DNA of 62,204 bases, filler included, from Basidioascus undulatus (Eukaryota), in NCBI GenBank assembly GCA_000826855.1. It is 7 parts of 7 records of this genome, joined end to end, with 100 filler letters (N's around TTAATTAATTAA, not from the genome) between each part and the next. Parts side by side here need not be neighbours in the genome. Positions count along the whole stretch, not along the records: positions 1 to 8,835 come from JTLS01001331.1; positions 8,936 to 17,725 come from JTLS01001332.1; 5 more parts are not named here. One strand, given 5' to 3'. Numbering within the stretch: position 1 is the stretch's first letter; the number at the start of each line of letters is the position of its first letter. This document shows, one piece after another, positions 1 to 12,366 of the stretch. The position numbers were made by a program, and so were the translations under genes. The notes beneath the pieces were generated by a model. That model had not been told where the DNA came from and ran no database searches. It saw only the letters and a program-made list of their open reading frames with translations.

Positions 1-54
1 TCATTCGCATCATGTGTGTTGAGGGGGTCCCCGGTTCAATTCCGGGAATGTCCA
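1..54 (+). tRNA. tRNA-Ala(CGC), 5'-truncated, with a short canonical intron (~10..18)
   Basis: Anticodon arm TCA-TT-CGC-A-[intron]-T-TGAG; T arm CCCGG-TTCAATT-CCGGG; acceptor 3' strand AATGTCC-A; T-tract (Pol III terminator-like) at 58-61. Confidence 0.85.
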
Positions 55-335
55 GTCTTTTGGCACTTTTGCCAGACCCCTCCAGTAATTTTGTTCATCT
101 CGGGCAATTTTATTTTACACTTACTAATCTTCGTGCGCCTTTCAAGCATATGAACTTCGGCAAGTCCGATTGAAGAGACGACGCTGGCACGGCAGGCAAC
201 GCTGACGACATTCGGCGAGCTCTGCGCGGATGCTTCGCTTCAGCGTCGCTACAGGCTCTCTCGACTTCCACCATCACCTTCGCCCCTGACTCCAACCTGC
301 GCCTATTACTTGACATACTTGGTCAAACTACAGCC

Positions 336-3300
336 ATGTCCGACCCCTCCGACCCCTCCGACCCCCAGAGCGACGCCGACAAGGCAAGCCACATCCGCTG
401 CCGATCGTTCGCCACAAGCCCGAGGCTGACAGGCTGCTGTCCGTCGCTGCGACACAGATCCGCCTCAAGCGTCTCGCACGCCTGCAGACGTCCCGACCAG
501 CCTCTACATCCCGGGGGCCATCTACCTCTGCTACTCCCGCTCCCGCTCAGACGCCCCAGAAGCGCACTGCTGAGGTCCCCGCCGCGCCTGCTACCCGCAC
601 GCCTGCCCCTCGCCCGAGCACGAGCACTCCCCCTGCACCTGCACCCGTCCCTGCGCCGCCTAAGGCTAAGGCACCGGAGCTGAGCAGGACGTCGGAGCCG
701 TATGTGCAGTGGGAGAGCAAGGCGATCGGGAGCATCCTCCGGGTCACACTCGATGTAAGCTCTCCTGTCGTCTGGTTCGGACCGGACAGCGCTCACTTGC
801 GTCCACACCCTTCCTTCCCCCAGCGCGCCCACGCCGAACGTACAGGATGGACGGTTGCCTACCTCAAGCCTCTCCTGCTCGAGCTCCAGTCCGAGACGTC
901 CGCCGGGCCGGACGCCCCCCCGCCGCGCCTCACGCCAGACATCCTCGACCGCCTGCTGATCGTCCGGCTGAGCTTGGACCCCAACGAGATGTCGGACGAT
1001 GGTGAGATGCTCACCGTCATCGCGAGCTTGCCGGAGGGGGAGACGGTGTTCGAGTACCTGGTTGGAGCGTGGAGGAGGGCGAGGGTCGAGGCGGTCAACT
1101 TGGCGAAGAAGGTGTCTTCTGTTTGATATGGGAGTTTGGCAGTGTGGCGGCAGCTCATGTGGTCTGGGTGCAGGGGTACTCGTCGGATGAGCTGAAGAGG
1201 GGTCAAGAGATGCTCGACAAGCTGCGGGATCTGCTACTCTCGTACGCCGGCTTGACGCTGCAAGACCCCACCATGTTTCCGCAACCCGAAGGGTCAGTCC
1301 AACATCTTTCCCACTTTCCTCCCTTGTCAACTCACCCTTCCCTGCCGACTTCATTACAGCAAACCCCTCGGCGCGTCCGAGCTCCTGCCTATCCTCATCC
1401 CGCCCTCGCTTCCAAGCGACCCGCTCTCCTCCGCACCCGCGCCGTCCGTGCCGCGCGCGTTCGCAGGCGTCAACCTTGGCGAGCTGCTCGCGGACCTGGG
1501 GCGGAGATTCGACGGGGACGGGCTCGAGGACGTGCTCGGGCCGGTGGTGCAGCTCGTGCTGCAGCAAGCCAAGGCGGTCGACCTCGCGGGGAACCACTGG
1601 CGGAGCATCATCACCGCTGTGGAGACGCTCGTCCATGTCAAGCCGATCGCGGCGATGGTAGGTCGCCCGATGCACTGAAGACATCATGCACCGCGTACTG
1701 ATTTGGTCTGTTCCTCAACAGTTCACTCAACTTGACAACTGGATGCCCGAGAACCCGACGGCGCAGTCAATCGAGACTGACTCCCTGCTCGGCCCGCTCG
1801 TGCGCCTCTCGACCTTTTCGGCTACCTTCGTAAGTTTACCTCATCTTCATATCAATTCCGAGCTCATACCTGAAACCTTCTCGAGCAGTTCAACATTGCC
1901 AGCACGTACTTCGAGAATGCCTCCATCAACCGCGAAGAGCAGAACCAAGCGACGATCAACTCTCTGCGTTCCACGCTCGAAGCCCTCCAGGTCCGTCGTT
2001 TCACTCTATTCTCTCATCCTCTCATTTCGCTGACCCGTTCTTGCGACTGCAGGGGAGCCTCTTCAACATCTTCAACGCGATCGTGCGCTCCTCGCCCGCT
2101 GCGCGCGAGCGCGTGCTCGAGTTCTTCGGCGCCGCCGCGCGCCTGAACGTCCGCCGCGGGGCGATGCGCGTCGACCCGCGCCGAGTCGCGAGCGACGGGT
2201 TCATGCTCAACCTGCAAGTCGTGCTCGGCCGGTTTGCGGACCCGTTCATGGACGCCGCGTACAGCAAGGTACACGCGGAACGGTCAGGTTGCTTGAAGAA
2301 CGTGCACTGATCGAGCTTTGGGCTGTAGCTGGACAAGATCGATGTGGAGTATTTCAAGCACTCCCGGCGACTCGACATCTCGGACGCGACCAAGATCAAG
2401 GCGGCCAAGGAGGAGACGGACGCGTACTTCGGGGACGGTCCCGACCCGGCCGGTATGTCTCATGCCCCATCGGGCCTTCTGCGCAACAACTCTATGGCGC
2501 TGACCCTGCTTCATGTCCCCAGCCTCGCCCCCCAACTTCATTTCGGAGATCTTCTTCCTCGCCTCGACGTTCCACCATCTCGGCTGGCACTCGGCGCAGC
2601 GCAGCTCTCGTGCGCTCGCCAAGCAGGTCGACCACTTCGACAAGCAGCTCGCCGAGCAGCGTGACGTCCTGCTGAGCGATCCGCGCTTCGCGCCTGGCCA
2701 GCCAGGGCGCGCGTTCGCGGAGGGGCAGCTCCGGAAGCATGAGGTCCGTCGTTTTTAGCACTTCTTTTCTTCCACTGAAAGCGACGCTGAGTGGAGTGGG
2801 AGAGTAGGCGGACCTGCAGAAGATGAAGGCTGCTGTTGCGTCGTCGTGGGTCCAGCTCGAAGACCCCAACTTCATGTCCCGCACGCTCGGCTTCTACACG
2901 TTTGTTGCGACGTGGCTCGTCCACATCGTCGACCCGACGAAGCAGCATCCGAAGAAGACGGTTACGTGAGTCGATTGGTCACCTTTCTCCTCGCCAGTTT
3001 AACAGAAGCTGACGTTCTCGAGCAGACTGCCTCTCCCCGCCGATATCCCCACCCCATGGCGCATGCTGCCCGAGTACATCCTCGAGGACACAGTGGACTT
3101 CTTCAACACTCTTGCGAGGTAGGATTTTGCGCTGCCCGCACGATCGCCGCCGTGCTGACATGAGCGATTTGTATCGGCAGGTACCAACCTCATCAACTCG
3201 AGAGCTCGGGCCGCGAGGAGCTCCTCGTGTTTTGCATTACGTTTATCACCTCGCCGCAGTACATCGGCAACCCGTATTCGCGCAACAAGCTTATCGAGGT

Positions 3301-4917
3301 CAGCCCTGCCTGTTGAAGACGCTGTTCTCATTGCTGCAATCGCTGACTGAAATTCAATGCAGATTCTGTGGAACGGCACGCACCCGTACGGCTACAACCG
3401 CCTCGGCGTGCTTGGCGAAACCATCAACTTCCACACGCTCTCGCTCGAGCACCTCATGTCCGCTCTGATGTCCTTCTACATCGGTCAGTCATCGAAGCTT
3501 CACAGCCTGTGCGGCGCATGTTCTGACGTGTGCTTGGCTTTCAGACGTCGAGCGCACGGGCGTGTCTAGCCAGTAAGCTGAACGGGTTGCACAATTCTGG
3601 AACGAGCTAGCGACTTAAACGCTTCGTCAGGTTCTACGACCGCCTCAATGTTCGGTACAACATCGCTCGCCTATTGAAGGTGGTATGGAACAACCCGACG
3701 CATCGGGACAAGCTTCGCGTTGAGGCTAAGTGCGTTCGTGCCTTTGTACACTGGTAGCAGTCTGTTAACGCCTAGTCCGCTTTGCAGGGACATCGACAAG
3801 TTCGTCAAGTTCACCAACCTGATCATGAACGATTCGACGTACTTGCTCGACGAGGCGCTTTCCAAGCTCGCGCAAGTCCGCTCGCTCGAGGACGAGATGG
3901 CGAGTCCTGGCTGGGACGCCCGGCCCGAGCAGGAGCGGCACGAGCGCGAGGACCTCCTGGAGGACGCGGGACGCGTCGCGGGGTCATACGTCGCGCTTGG
4001 CGGCGAGTCGGTCCGGCTGCTCGTCGCCTTCACCGCCGAGACCAAGGATCCGTTCATGATGCCCGAGATCGTCGACCGCCTCGCGGCGATGCTCACGTAC
4101 AACCTCGACGCGCTCGCCGGCCCGCGCTGCCAGGACCTCAAGGTCTCGAACCCGGAGAAGTACGGCTGGCGCCCGCGCCAGCTGCTCGGCGACATCCTGC
4201 AGGTCTTTCTCAACCTCGTCGACCGCGAGGAGTTCGTCGGCGGCGTCGCGCGCGACGGGCGCAGCTACTCGAGGAGCTTGATGGAGCGCGCGGCCGGCAT
4301 CGCGCGCAGACACGCGATCAAGACGGAGGCGGAGATTTCCGAGCTCGCGCGCTTAGTCGACAAGGTCGAGGAGGCGCGGGCGGTCATCATGGAGGAGGAT
4401 GACACCGATGTTCCGGAGGAGTTCATGGGTATGTGCTTCATTCAAGCGATAGACGGCGTTCATCTCGTTTCGCTCGCTTGCTGACGCATGGATGCCGGCG
4501 GAGACACTCTCATGGCCACGCTCATGCGAGACCCTGTCATCCTGCCTTCCTCCGGGACAGTGCTCGACCGCTCGACGATCAAGAGCCACCTGCTCAGCGA
4601 CGCGACAGACCCGTACAACCGTTCTCCGCTCACGATCGACCAGGTCATTCCTCGTGCGTCGTCGTTCTTTCGCGGCTGTGGGATAAGGCTCTGACGAACC
4701 TTGTTCTCTGATCTATAGATACCGAGCTGAAAGCGAAGATCGACGCCTGGTGCGTTTTGCCTGAGAACATGCCGGGGGACGTAAGCGCTGACGCGTATTG
4801 TGGTTCAGGCTCGAGGAGAGGAAGCAGGCCAAGCTCGCCAGCATGGCCGCGGCCACCAACGCTGCAGCAGCAGCAAACGCTCCACCTCGCGAGGAGATGG
4901 AGGCGATGCAGCGCTGA
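336..4917 (+). CDS. UFD2: Ubiquitin conjugation factor E4 (U-box), multi-exon
   Basis: Spliced N-terminus [13 protein letters not shown]; core motifs [61 protein letters not shown]-box [40 protein letters not shown] at 4915-4917. Confidence 0.95.
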
Positions 4918-6141
4918 GGGTTGAGCACGCATGTTTCCTTGTTCTCTTGCTTCGCATCGTTCGCATCGCTGCTCGCGGGCTTGTGTGTTCATACTTCGCA
5001 TTCGTGTCTCGCTGTTCCTTTTATTCTGCATCTTGTACGAGCTCGAAAATGAAGAAGCGTGACTTCACGTTGCTTCGCTGTAGCGTCGCGGCAGGGAGTT
5101 GGGGCAGCTTCTTGTGCTTGCGGCGTCTGGTGTCGGAAGGCACGCAAATGTGGCACGCTCAAATATTGTTTATTGCGCTTCGCAAATCGGTATAGCACCA
5201 CAGATACAGGGGGCTTCAGTCGTGCAACAGCTCAGCGTCTGTGGGACAGCAAGGGGAGCGCGGCCAGCGGCCGACTGCCTGTTGATCCACAAAAGTAGTC
5301 AACAAAGCAGCCCGGGAAGCTCGGGTGATGATCATTACCATGAGGCGTGTTCGAAAGGTAGGCTGTGAAGAGGCGCGTTACTCCTCAGCGACGTGCGATG
5401 GCAGCCTGATTTTGTGGGTCGCACAACTCACGTCCTCCTCAGCGAGAAGCCCGAGGCACTCGAAGTTGAGCAGCGGTGGATATCTTTCATAAGCTTGTTT
5501 CATTGAAATCGAAAATAACGCAACATTGCTTGAGCTTTCGAATAAATAGGTCTTGGCAGTCAGCGGCCTGTGCGTCTTTGAGCAGTGGCAACTTCTCGAG
5601 GTCCACACGGTCAGTGACGTGAAAACGGGGGCTACGCTGGCGGCGAGGCGCTTTGCCAAGAGGAATTGTATCTTTCGGGGTATTTTTAAGGCAAGACAAC
5701 GGTCCATTACCCGCGGGACCTTTAGCAGGAGGTAAATGCCGCCCGGGGACGTCATGGCGGTAGCGGAGGATGATTTCAGCCCAGCTTGGCAGCAAAAGAG
5801 GTACCGCTGCTACCAACAGCACCAGAGCCTGATATGGAGGACGGGGAGTTTGATATTTGCGAGGGTGAGAGCGACTCTGCTGGGATTGATGAAGGTTGCT
5901 TGGCGCTTCCTGCAGAACCTGATTTCCCAACATGCGAGGGCGATGTTGCTGATGATGGTATTATTGAGGACGAACCACTCCCCAGATGGAAGTTTTGGTA
6001 AGAAAGACGATTTAGAGGAGGTGGATTCGTGTAAGGCATTGGCGGTGCCACCGCTGGCGGAACTCTAGGCAGGCGGCGACGCGGAGAAGTTCTGAACAGA
6101 GGAGGCGGCGGCCTTGTTCCTGCCCGTGTTGAGCTGTAGCG

Positions 6142-6783
6142 GTGTATAACACTTTTCAAATGTATCTCGCTGATGCCTTGAATAAGCTGCATACTGAACT
6201 GAAACGATTTAAGCGGGCAGAAGTACCTTTGGGGATTAAATTGGTACGCGGTGCCTACATGCATAGCGAAAGAGGGAGAGCGCAAAATCTTCAGTTGAGA
6301 GATCCTATTGCTCAAAATAAAAACATTGTGGACGCAGCATACAACGATGGAGTGGAGTATATATTAAATGACATCAGCAGATCGCCTGTTATGACAGCAA
6401 ACCATCTTATGGTTGCTTCGCACAATCAGGATTCAATCTCTTGTGTTGTTCATATTCTTTCGCGGAATTTGAATCTTTCTCGGAATACCTCATTCGGACA
6501 ATTATTAGGGATGTCTGATCATGTCACCTACACTTTGGCTAAACGGAGTTTACATGTCTACAAATATCTTCCTTATGGCTCGGTCGAGGAGACCGTACCA
6601 TATCTGCTGCGAAGGGCGCAAGAGAACGCAGATATTTTGGAGGGCTCCGCATCTGACCGTACTCTCTTATTCACAGAGCTCAAGACAAGGCTGCGAAGCT
6701 GGTGGCAATTTTACGGTAACAAAGGAGGACGTCCTATTGGTGGCCCTGGCGCTTTAAATGGGCCCAGATCTATGTTGCTATGA
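6142..6783 (+). pseudogene. PUT1: Proline dehydrogenase, C-terminal half only; intronless and AT-rich
   Basis: VYNTFQMYL, GIKLVRGAYM, VASHN, FGQLLGMSD and YKYLPYG..ETVPYLLRRAQEN are PRODH motifs. In-frame TGA at 6130-6132 and no N-terminal PRODH motifs recognised upstream. Confidence 0.75.
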
Positions 6784-6899
6784 AAGTGGAGTGATGAATT
6801 GACTTACAATTAATATTACAATTTAGGAGAGTAACTTGCACTTTTGACCAATTCGAAAAAGAATGCATTTTTTTTACAACTTTTTACAACAATTTTTTT

Positions 6900-8534
6900 T
6901 TAAAACCCGAATGGATACGTCTCCTCAGTCTCTGGTGGGCCCTTCGGCTCGATAGCGCCGAGCGCCTTGACTGCCGACGTCTCGTCGAACCAGACGTAGG
7001 CGTCGAACTGTTTGGGCAAAATGGCCGTCTCGTAGTGGCTCCAACGTTCGGTCTCGGGACGATAGATGACGCCGATGAAGCGTTCCAGCCTTGGCTCGCT
7101 CAAGTCTTCTCGGAGCTTTTCATCCTGGTGGCCTTTGCGAAGGTCCAGAAGGAATCGAGGAAGGCCGGTGTCATGGGCGAGGCGCTCGTAACTGTCAGCG
7201 CGGGATTGGCTGACTTTCATAATCTGCACCGCGGCGACGAAGTAAAAAGAAGTGAGTCAACGGTCGATCATTCTTGAAAGCTAGACATAACGAACCGTCA
7301 TCGGATCCTCCCACTCGTGCGCCGCCGCAACCGTACCGGTGTGGGTTCCATGGCCAATGATCACGGCATCCTTCCCGAATTGCGTTTTACAGAGCTGCCC
7401 GATATTGAGCTCGTTTCGACGTTGGCCCATCCCCGTAAAACGAGCGTCGCCGACATGAGAGTTGTGAGCCCACACCACTGCTTTGGCGGTGCCTACGGAA
7501 GACGACGTGCTTCTGTAGTCGAGAAGTCGGTGGAGAGTGACGAACATGTGGGCGTCGCGCAAGTTCCATGACTCATCGTTGCCGTAGTACATCGCGCGGT
7601 AGTATTTCTGGACGGAAGCAGCGTCGTTAGCAATCTTTGCTCGAATCAAGGGAATCACTCACCTCCGCATCCGCCACGAGCCGAGCGTTCATCTCGGCAT
7701 CAAATATTTCCTCGCCATCCGCATCGGCGTCCGACTTGACGATGTCGAGTCGCTTCTTCAGCAGATCCTTGAGCATCTGCACAACCCCTTGTTCACACGG
7801 ACCAAACCCGCGACCCAACGCGACAGCGCCGTATCGAGCAGGGTTCTCAGCGTAGGGAGCGAGGCAGCCATAGCGTTGGCGAGCTTCTTTAGCCAACTTC
7901 GGGTCGGCGCGATCGAGGTAACCTATGACGGCCTTCATGGAGGTATCCAGGCTGTACAACTATTGGGCGTCGGCAGGAGCCATCAGCCAGGGAAGCCATC
8001 AGCAGGAACTTCGATAGGGCACGATGACGAAGGAGCAACGCAACTTACATCGAGACCATAGAACCCGGCCCTCTCCTCCGGCTTGTAATGACTATTGTGC
8101 TCCCTCAACCAGCCGACAAACTCCTTGACCTCTTCGTTTTTCCACATCCAGCCTGGAAACCTCTGGAATGGAGCTCCGTCCCTCTTGAGCCTTGAGGACT
8201 TCAGACGGACATGTCGATCCACCGTGGCGGCGTCCGGCCAGTCCGCCTCGACCGCGACGATATTGAAACCATGCTTGTCAATGAGGCGCTTTGTGATGGT
8301 GGCGCGAGAGGCGTAGAATTCCGACGTGCCGTGACTGCCGTCACCGATGAGGACTACTCGAGCGGTGGAAGCGTCCCCCGTAACGAATCGGTCGAAATTC
8401 TCGCCGAAATCCGCTCCTCCGAAGCTGGCCTCGGTTAGATCAGGAAGCGGGTGAGCTGCAGCTCGAATGCGCTGAGGTAGGTCGCTGGACATGGTTGAGA
8501 GGAGCAATCTGCGTGGCGTGAAAAAGCGAACCAT
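6900..8534 (-). CDS. Erythromycin esterase family (EreA/EreB-like) protein, 4 exons
   Basis: IGDGSHGTSEFY, VAVEADWPDA, FPGWMWKN, GFYGLD|LYSL, WNLRDAHMF, VVWAHNSHVGDAR, ERFIGVIYRPETE, C-terminal TYPFGF. Introns 7960-8048, 7608-7662, 7224-7295. Start at ATG 8534 or 8492. Confidence 0.9.
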
Positions 8535-8557
8535 GCTGCGACTTGAAGTGAGCAACG

Positions 8558-8622
8558 GTCTGAGTGAGTGGCGTCACAGTCTGAGTGAGTGGCGTCACAG
8601 TCTGAGTAACCCTAACCCTAAC
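8558..8622. repeat. 21-bp tandem repeat (x2.4) abutting a short telomere-like (TAACCC)n tract
   Basis: GTCTGAGTGAGTGGCGTCACA at 8558 and 8579, partial copy at 8600; TAACCCTAACCCTAAC at 8607-8622. Confidence 0.9.
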
Positions 8623-8835
8623 GAACCCCAAACCTAGAACATTCCATTCCTGCGGGTCACTTTGCACCGAACCCATACCCCCACCACAACACAATGAGCA
8701 GCACAAATCCAGGGCAAGGAAAGTGACGAGAACTGGTCCTCGCGCGCCGCCGCCTTCGCTCGCCGGTGCCAAGGATGACTCCCTGGTGAACAGAGTCAAG
8801 GAGATGGCCCCGAACATCACAAACGCGGTAAGCAA

Positions 8836-8935
8836 NNNNNNNNNNNNNNNNNNNNNNNNNNNNNNNNNNNNNNNNNNNNTTAATTAATTAANNNNNNNNN
8901 NNNNNNNNNNNNNNNNNNNNNNNNNNNNNNNNNNN
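8836..8935. other. Artificial contig spacer
   Basis: N44-TTAATTAATTAA-N44. Confidence 0.99.
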
Positions 8936-9413
8936 ATCGCCCCCGCCCCCCCCGCCGCCGTGGTGCCCTCCTCCTCCTCCTCCATCATAGCTATGTCCTC
9001 CGCCATAGCTGTGTCCCCCTCCTCCTCCATAGTAATGGTAGTGCCCACCTGTCCCGCCGTAGTTGTGTGAGTCATGGGCGTGGTGCTTGCTCTGTCCGTC
9101 GCTGGTCCCGCCGTTCGTCATGAGAAGGCTGCATATACGACAGTCAGCGAGAGCTTCTAACACAAAGCGGCTTTGACGAATATTCTGCTCACCTGGACGT
9201 CCCCATTGTGGAGAGGCCCGAAGTTTGCGAGGGCTTCAGTGCGGGTGCCGGCTTTGACGGGAGCGAAAGCGTCGAGGGCATCGAGTCCGGCGGTGTTGAA
9301 GCCGAGACGCTCTGGCGCAGATCTGCGAGCGTATTGGGGGGCTTCATCTTGGCAGCTTTCTGCTTGCCACCGTCCTTGTCGCGGTGGAAGAGCTTGTTGA
9401 AAAAGCGGGTCAT
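8936..9413 (-). CDS. Hypothetical protein with Gly/His/Tyr-rich tail, 3'-truncated
   Basis: ATG 9413 (MTRFFNKLFHRDKDGG); GT-AG intron 9129-9192 joins in frame to SLLMTNGG..HYHYYGGGGGHSYGGG, which runs into the spacer. Confidence 0.6.
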
Positions 9414-9896
9414 CGTGCGAGAGCTGAACTCTTGTGTGGGAGCGAGGATAGGGAGGGTTGGTGAGGGCGTACAGCAGGTCCCGTCGAGGCTGTTATACCT
9501 CCTCAAGCGTTTTGTCTCGAGCTGTGGGAGAGGTCCCGGATCTAAGCGTGTCTACCGATCTGCCCGCAGTGACTGGCATGGCGCGGGTAATTCATGCCCC
9601 TGCCGCCTGACGTGTATCTAAGTGGTCCAGCCGGACACAAAATGACGAAGGAGGGACATGATAGCGGCGCGACAGTGCCTACAGTGGCGGAAGACGAACC
9701 GAATAGCATCTGAAAGGCAGCTCAGCCGGACAGATAAGGGGCAGGCATCACAAGCCCAGCGCTAGTATAAAGCATGCTCAACGCCAGCGGCACACGCGTA
9801 GAAGCACAACAGAAACGGAGCCGAAAGAGGCACGCGAGTCACATGCAAGCATAATCGTACAACGCCTAAACCCGCGCACGCCCGAGAGCGAGACGC

Positions 9897-11295
9897 TTAG
9901 TAGTTGGACTTCTTGCTGACGAGCTGAAGATGCGCAGAGTGCTGGAAAAGGGAAGAGAAGAAGAATGCAGGTCAGGAGAGCGTTCAGGGTGCAGCGTTGG
10001 AAGAAGAGAGGGCGGAAGACGAACCTCCTCGAAGGGGTGCGAGGGCGGGGCAATCTCGCGCCACAGGTTCGGAGTGAGGAAGCCGTAGGTGGCGGTGATG
10101 GCCTGGAAGGTCGCCTTGATGAAGTTGCCCATCGTCGCGGTAGAGCCCTTGGACTGGGTCTGTTGCGCAGGGCAGAACCATGTCAGCCGACCGCTGGTGC
10201 AAGCCGATATCCGGAAGAGAAAACGTACGTAGCAGTCCTGGATACCAGCGAGCTGGAGCATGCGCTTAGACGCGGGGGCGGCCACGATGCCAGTGCCGCG
10301 GGGCGCGGGGACGAGACGGCACATGACGGAGCCGGTCTTGCCAGAGACCTTGCAGGGCACGGTGTGGGGCTCCTGGAGGGCGGCACCCCAGTAGCCGCGG
10401 CGGACGGGAATGACGGAAAGCTTGGCGAGGATGATGGCGCCGCGGATGGCGGTCGCGACCTCCTTGGCGCACTTGACGCCGAGGCCGACGTGGCCGTCGA
10501 AGTCGCCGATGGCGACGAACGCCTTGAAGCGCGTGCGCTGGCCGGCACGGGTCTGCTTCTGGACCGGCATGATCTTCATGACCTCGTCCTTGAGCTTGGG
10601 GAGGAAGTAGTCGACGATCTGGTACTCCTTGATCGGGAGAGAGAAGAGGTAGATCTCCTCGATCGACTTGATCTTGCCGTCCTTGACGAGGCGACCGAGC
10701 TTGGTGACGGGGACCCTGCGAGCGACCGAGGAGTGAGCATTTGCCTCAAGAGCGAATTGAATGTTTGTCGAGTTCAACAGAAGCCTGCGGTTGGGGCGAG
10801 CAGCGAACTACCGCAGCCGCCGTCCGAAGACGCCCTGCCAGCGTGCCGTTCCCTGGCCCTCGTCCAACCACTCACAGCAAGACCTTCCCTGCGCCCATAG
10901 ATTCCCCGCCTGCTCTGCAACATCTGTGCCAATAGACTCACCACTCCTTCTCCTCGTCCTTGCGGCCACCACGACGGGGACCACGGCGGCCACGGCCGCC
11001 TGCAGCAGCACCAGAAGGGATCCCGGTCAGCCTCGTCCTCCGGCCCGCCCCCCACAAAGGTCTGCCAAAGACGTACGGTCACCACCACGGCCTCGCCCAA
11101 ACCCACCACGACCACCTGTGCATCGAAGAGAAGGATGAAAAGGGTGTCAGCGCTCCGCCAGCGAGCCCCCTCGGACGACCAGGAGCAGCCTTCTCAGCCC
11201 CGAAAAAAGCGGTCGGCCTGCTGCTGCTCCATGGCTCCTCTGCGCCCCGCCCGGAGGACTGAATGAGAATATTCACGAGGAGCAGCGTCGGCCAT
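9897..11295 (-). CDS. RPS2: 40S ribosomal protein S2 (uS5), multi-exon
   Basis: MADAAPR, RGG-rich N-terminus, [42 protein letters not shown]; ends KKSNY*. Confidence 0.97.
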
Positions 11296-12094
11296 CTTGT
11301 ACTTGCGAGGAGTCGGTCGTCGAACGGTGGAAGAGCGACAAGTGCCTGGAGGGGAAAAGCGAAGGGCAAGCAGCGCGCGCAAAACCTGGCGCCTCCGTTG
11401 ATGAGCTGCTATGACTATGAATACCAGAATAGCTTACGTAAGACAGCAGCGACTGCACGGTCCCATTCATTTTGACTCTTTGTCGATGTTCCTCCAGTAT
11501 AAAAGGGCCGGTTTGTTTTCTATGGAGATTTTTATATGGAGAAGCTTATTGTTATTTGAAAAGAACTAGCAGGCACCAAGTCAGTCTTGAACTGAACGTG
11601 AGACAATGGAGACGTGCTGGTTTGCAGCGTCTTATCGCGCCCGGTCGTCTGGCATGCACCGAGCTGTTTAGATAATTTAATCTTTCTCGACGGCGATGCA
11701 TGAGTGAGGTAATGACTGAATGGGGTATCCGAGCTCCCATCACTTTTCTGCTGAGCGAGAGCCTGTGCGAAGCTCGACAGAGTACCCTACTAAAGCCGCA
11801 GGGATCGTGTGTTGGCCCGCGTGTAAGTCGAAGATGGTAGAAGCGACAAAGGGAGAATTCCCCTCCAGAAAATCGTCTAGACTTAAACTCAGTTCTCGTA
11901 TGGCACTCGGATTCGGATCCAGCAGTGCACCGACTGGAAGCGGCAGCGACCCGCTGCGCATGCAAATTGCACCGGACAAGGTCAAGCCCACCGACTTCCA
12001 CCTCTCTTGCCAAGCTTACCGCAGCTTCCAATCTTCCTATAAATTCCTCTCTTCCCAGCCCCATCTCTCCCCTTCCCCCGAATCCCCCACCTCC

Positions 12095-12366
12095 ATGCCC
12101 GCCTGTATCCTCTGCGGCCTATTCCGCAAGAAGCGCTTTCCATACCCGAACGACTCTGCCAGGTCGCCCAAGCTCAAGCGAAAGAGGGAGAGGAGGGGGA
12201 AGAAGAAAGTCCCCAAGGACGAATCGTGAGTGTTTGTGAGGGTTCTTCCGGAGAGAGATATAGGGCTGACGAGAGTGCGCAATGTGCCGGTTGCATATGA
12301 AGGGAGCTGCAGGAGTACCGCGGCCGAGGATCAATGGTGGATCTCGGTGCAGACCCTGAGTGTTGA
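12095..12366 (+). CDS. Candidate small basic two-exon protein (64 aa)
   Basis: TATAAA at 12038, CT-rich leader, ATG 12095 (MPACILCGLFRKKRF); intron 12226-12302 (GTGAGT..GCTGAC..AAG) keeps the frame to TGA 12364-12366. Confidence 0.4.

Noticed and set aside
323..1687. Long antisense ORFs (454 aa here; also 9965..10900 and 13624..14385)
   Set aside because: These are shadow frames of GC-rich coding exons on the opposite strand.
8607..8622. Telomerase RNA template candidate
   Set aside because: It matches the template sequence, but I see no pseudoknot or other supporting element.
8880..8891. Palindromic TTAATTAATTAA recurring every ~8.9 kb
   Set aside because: It is a synthetic all-frame-stop linker embedded in Ns, not a biological repeat.
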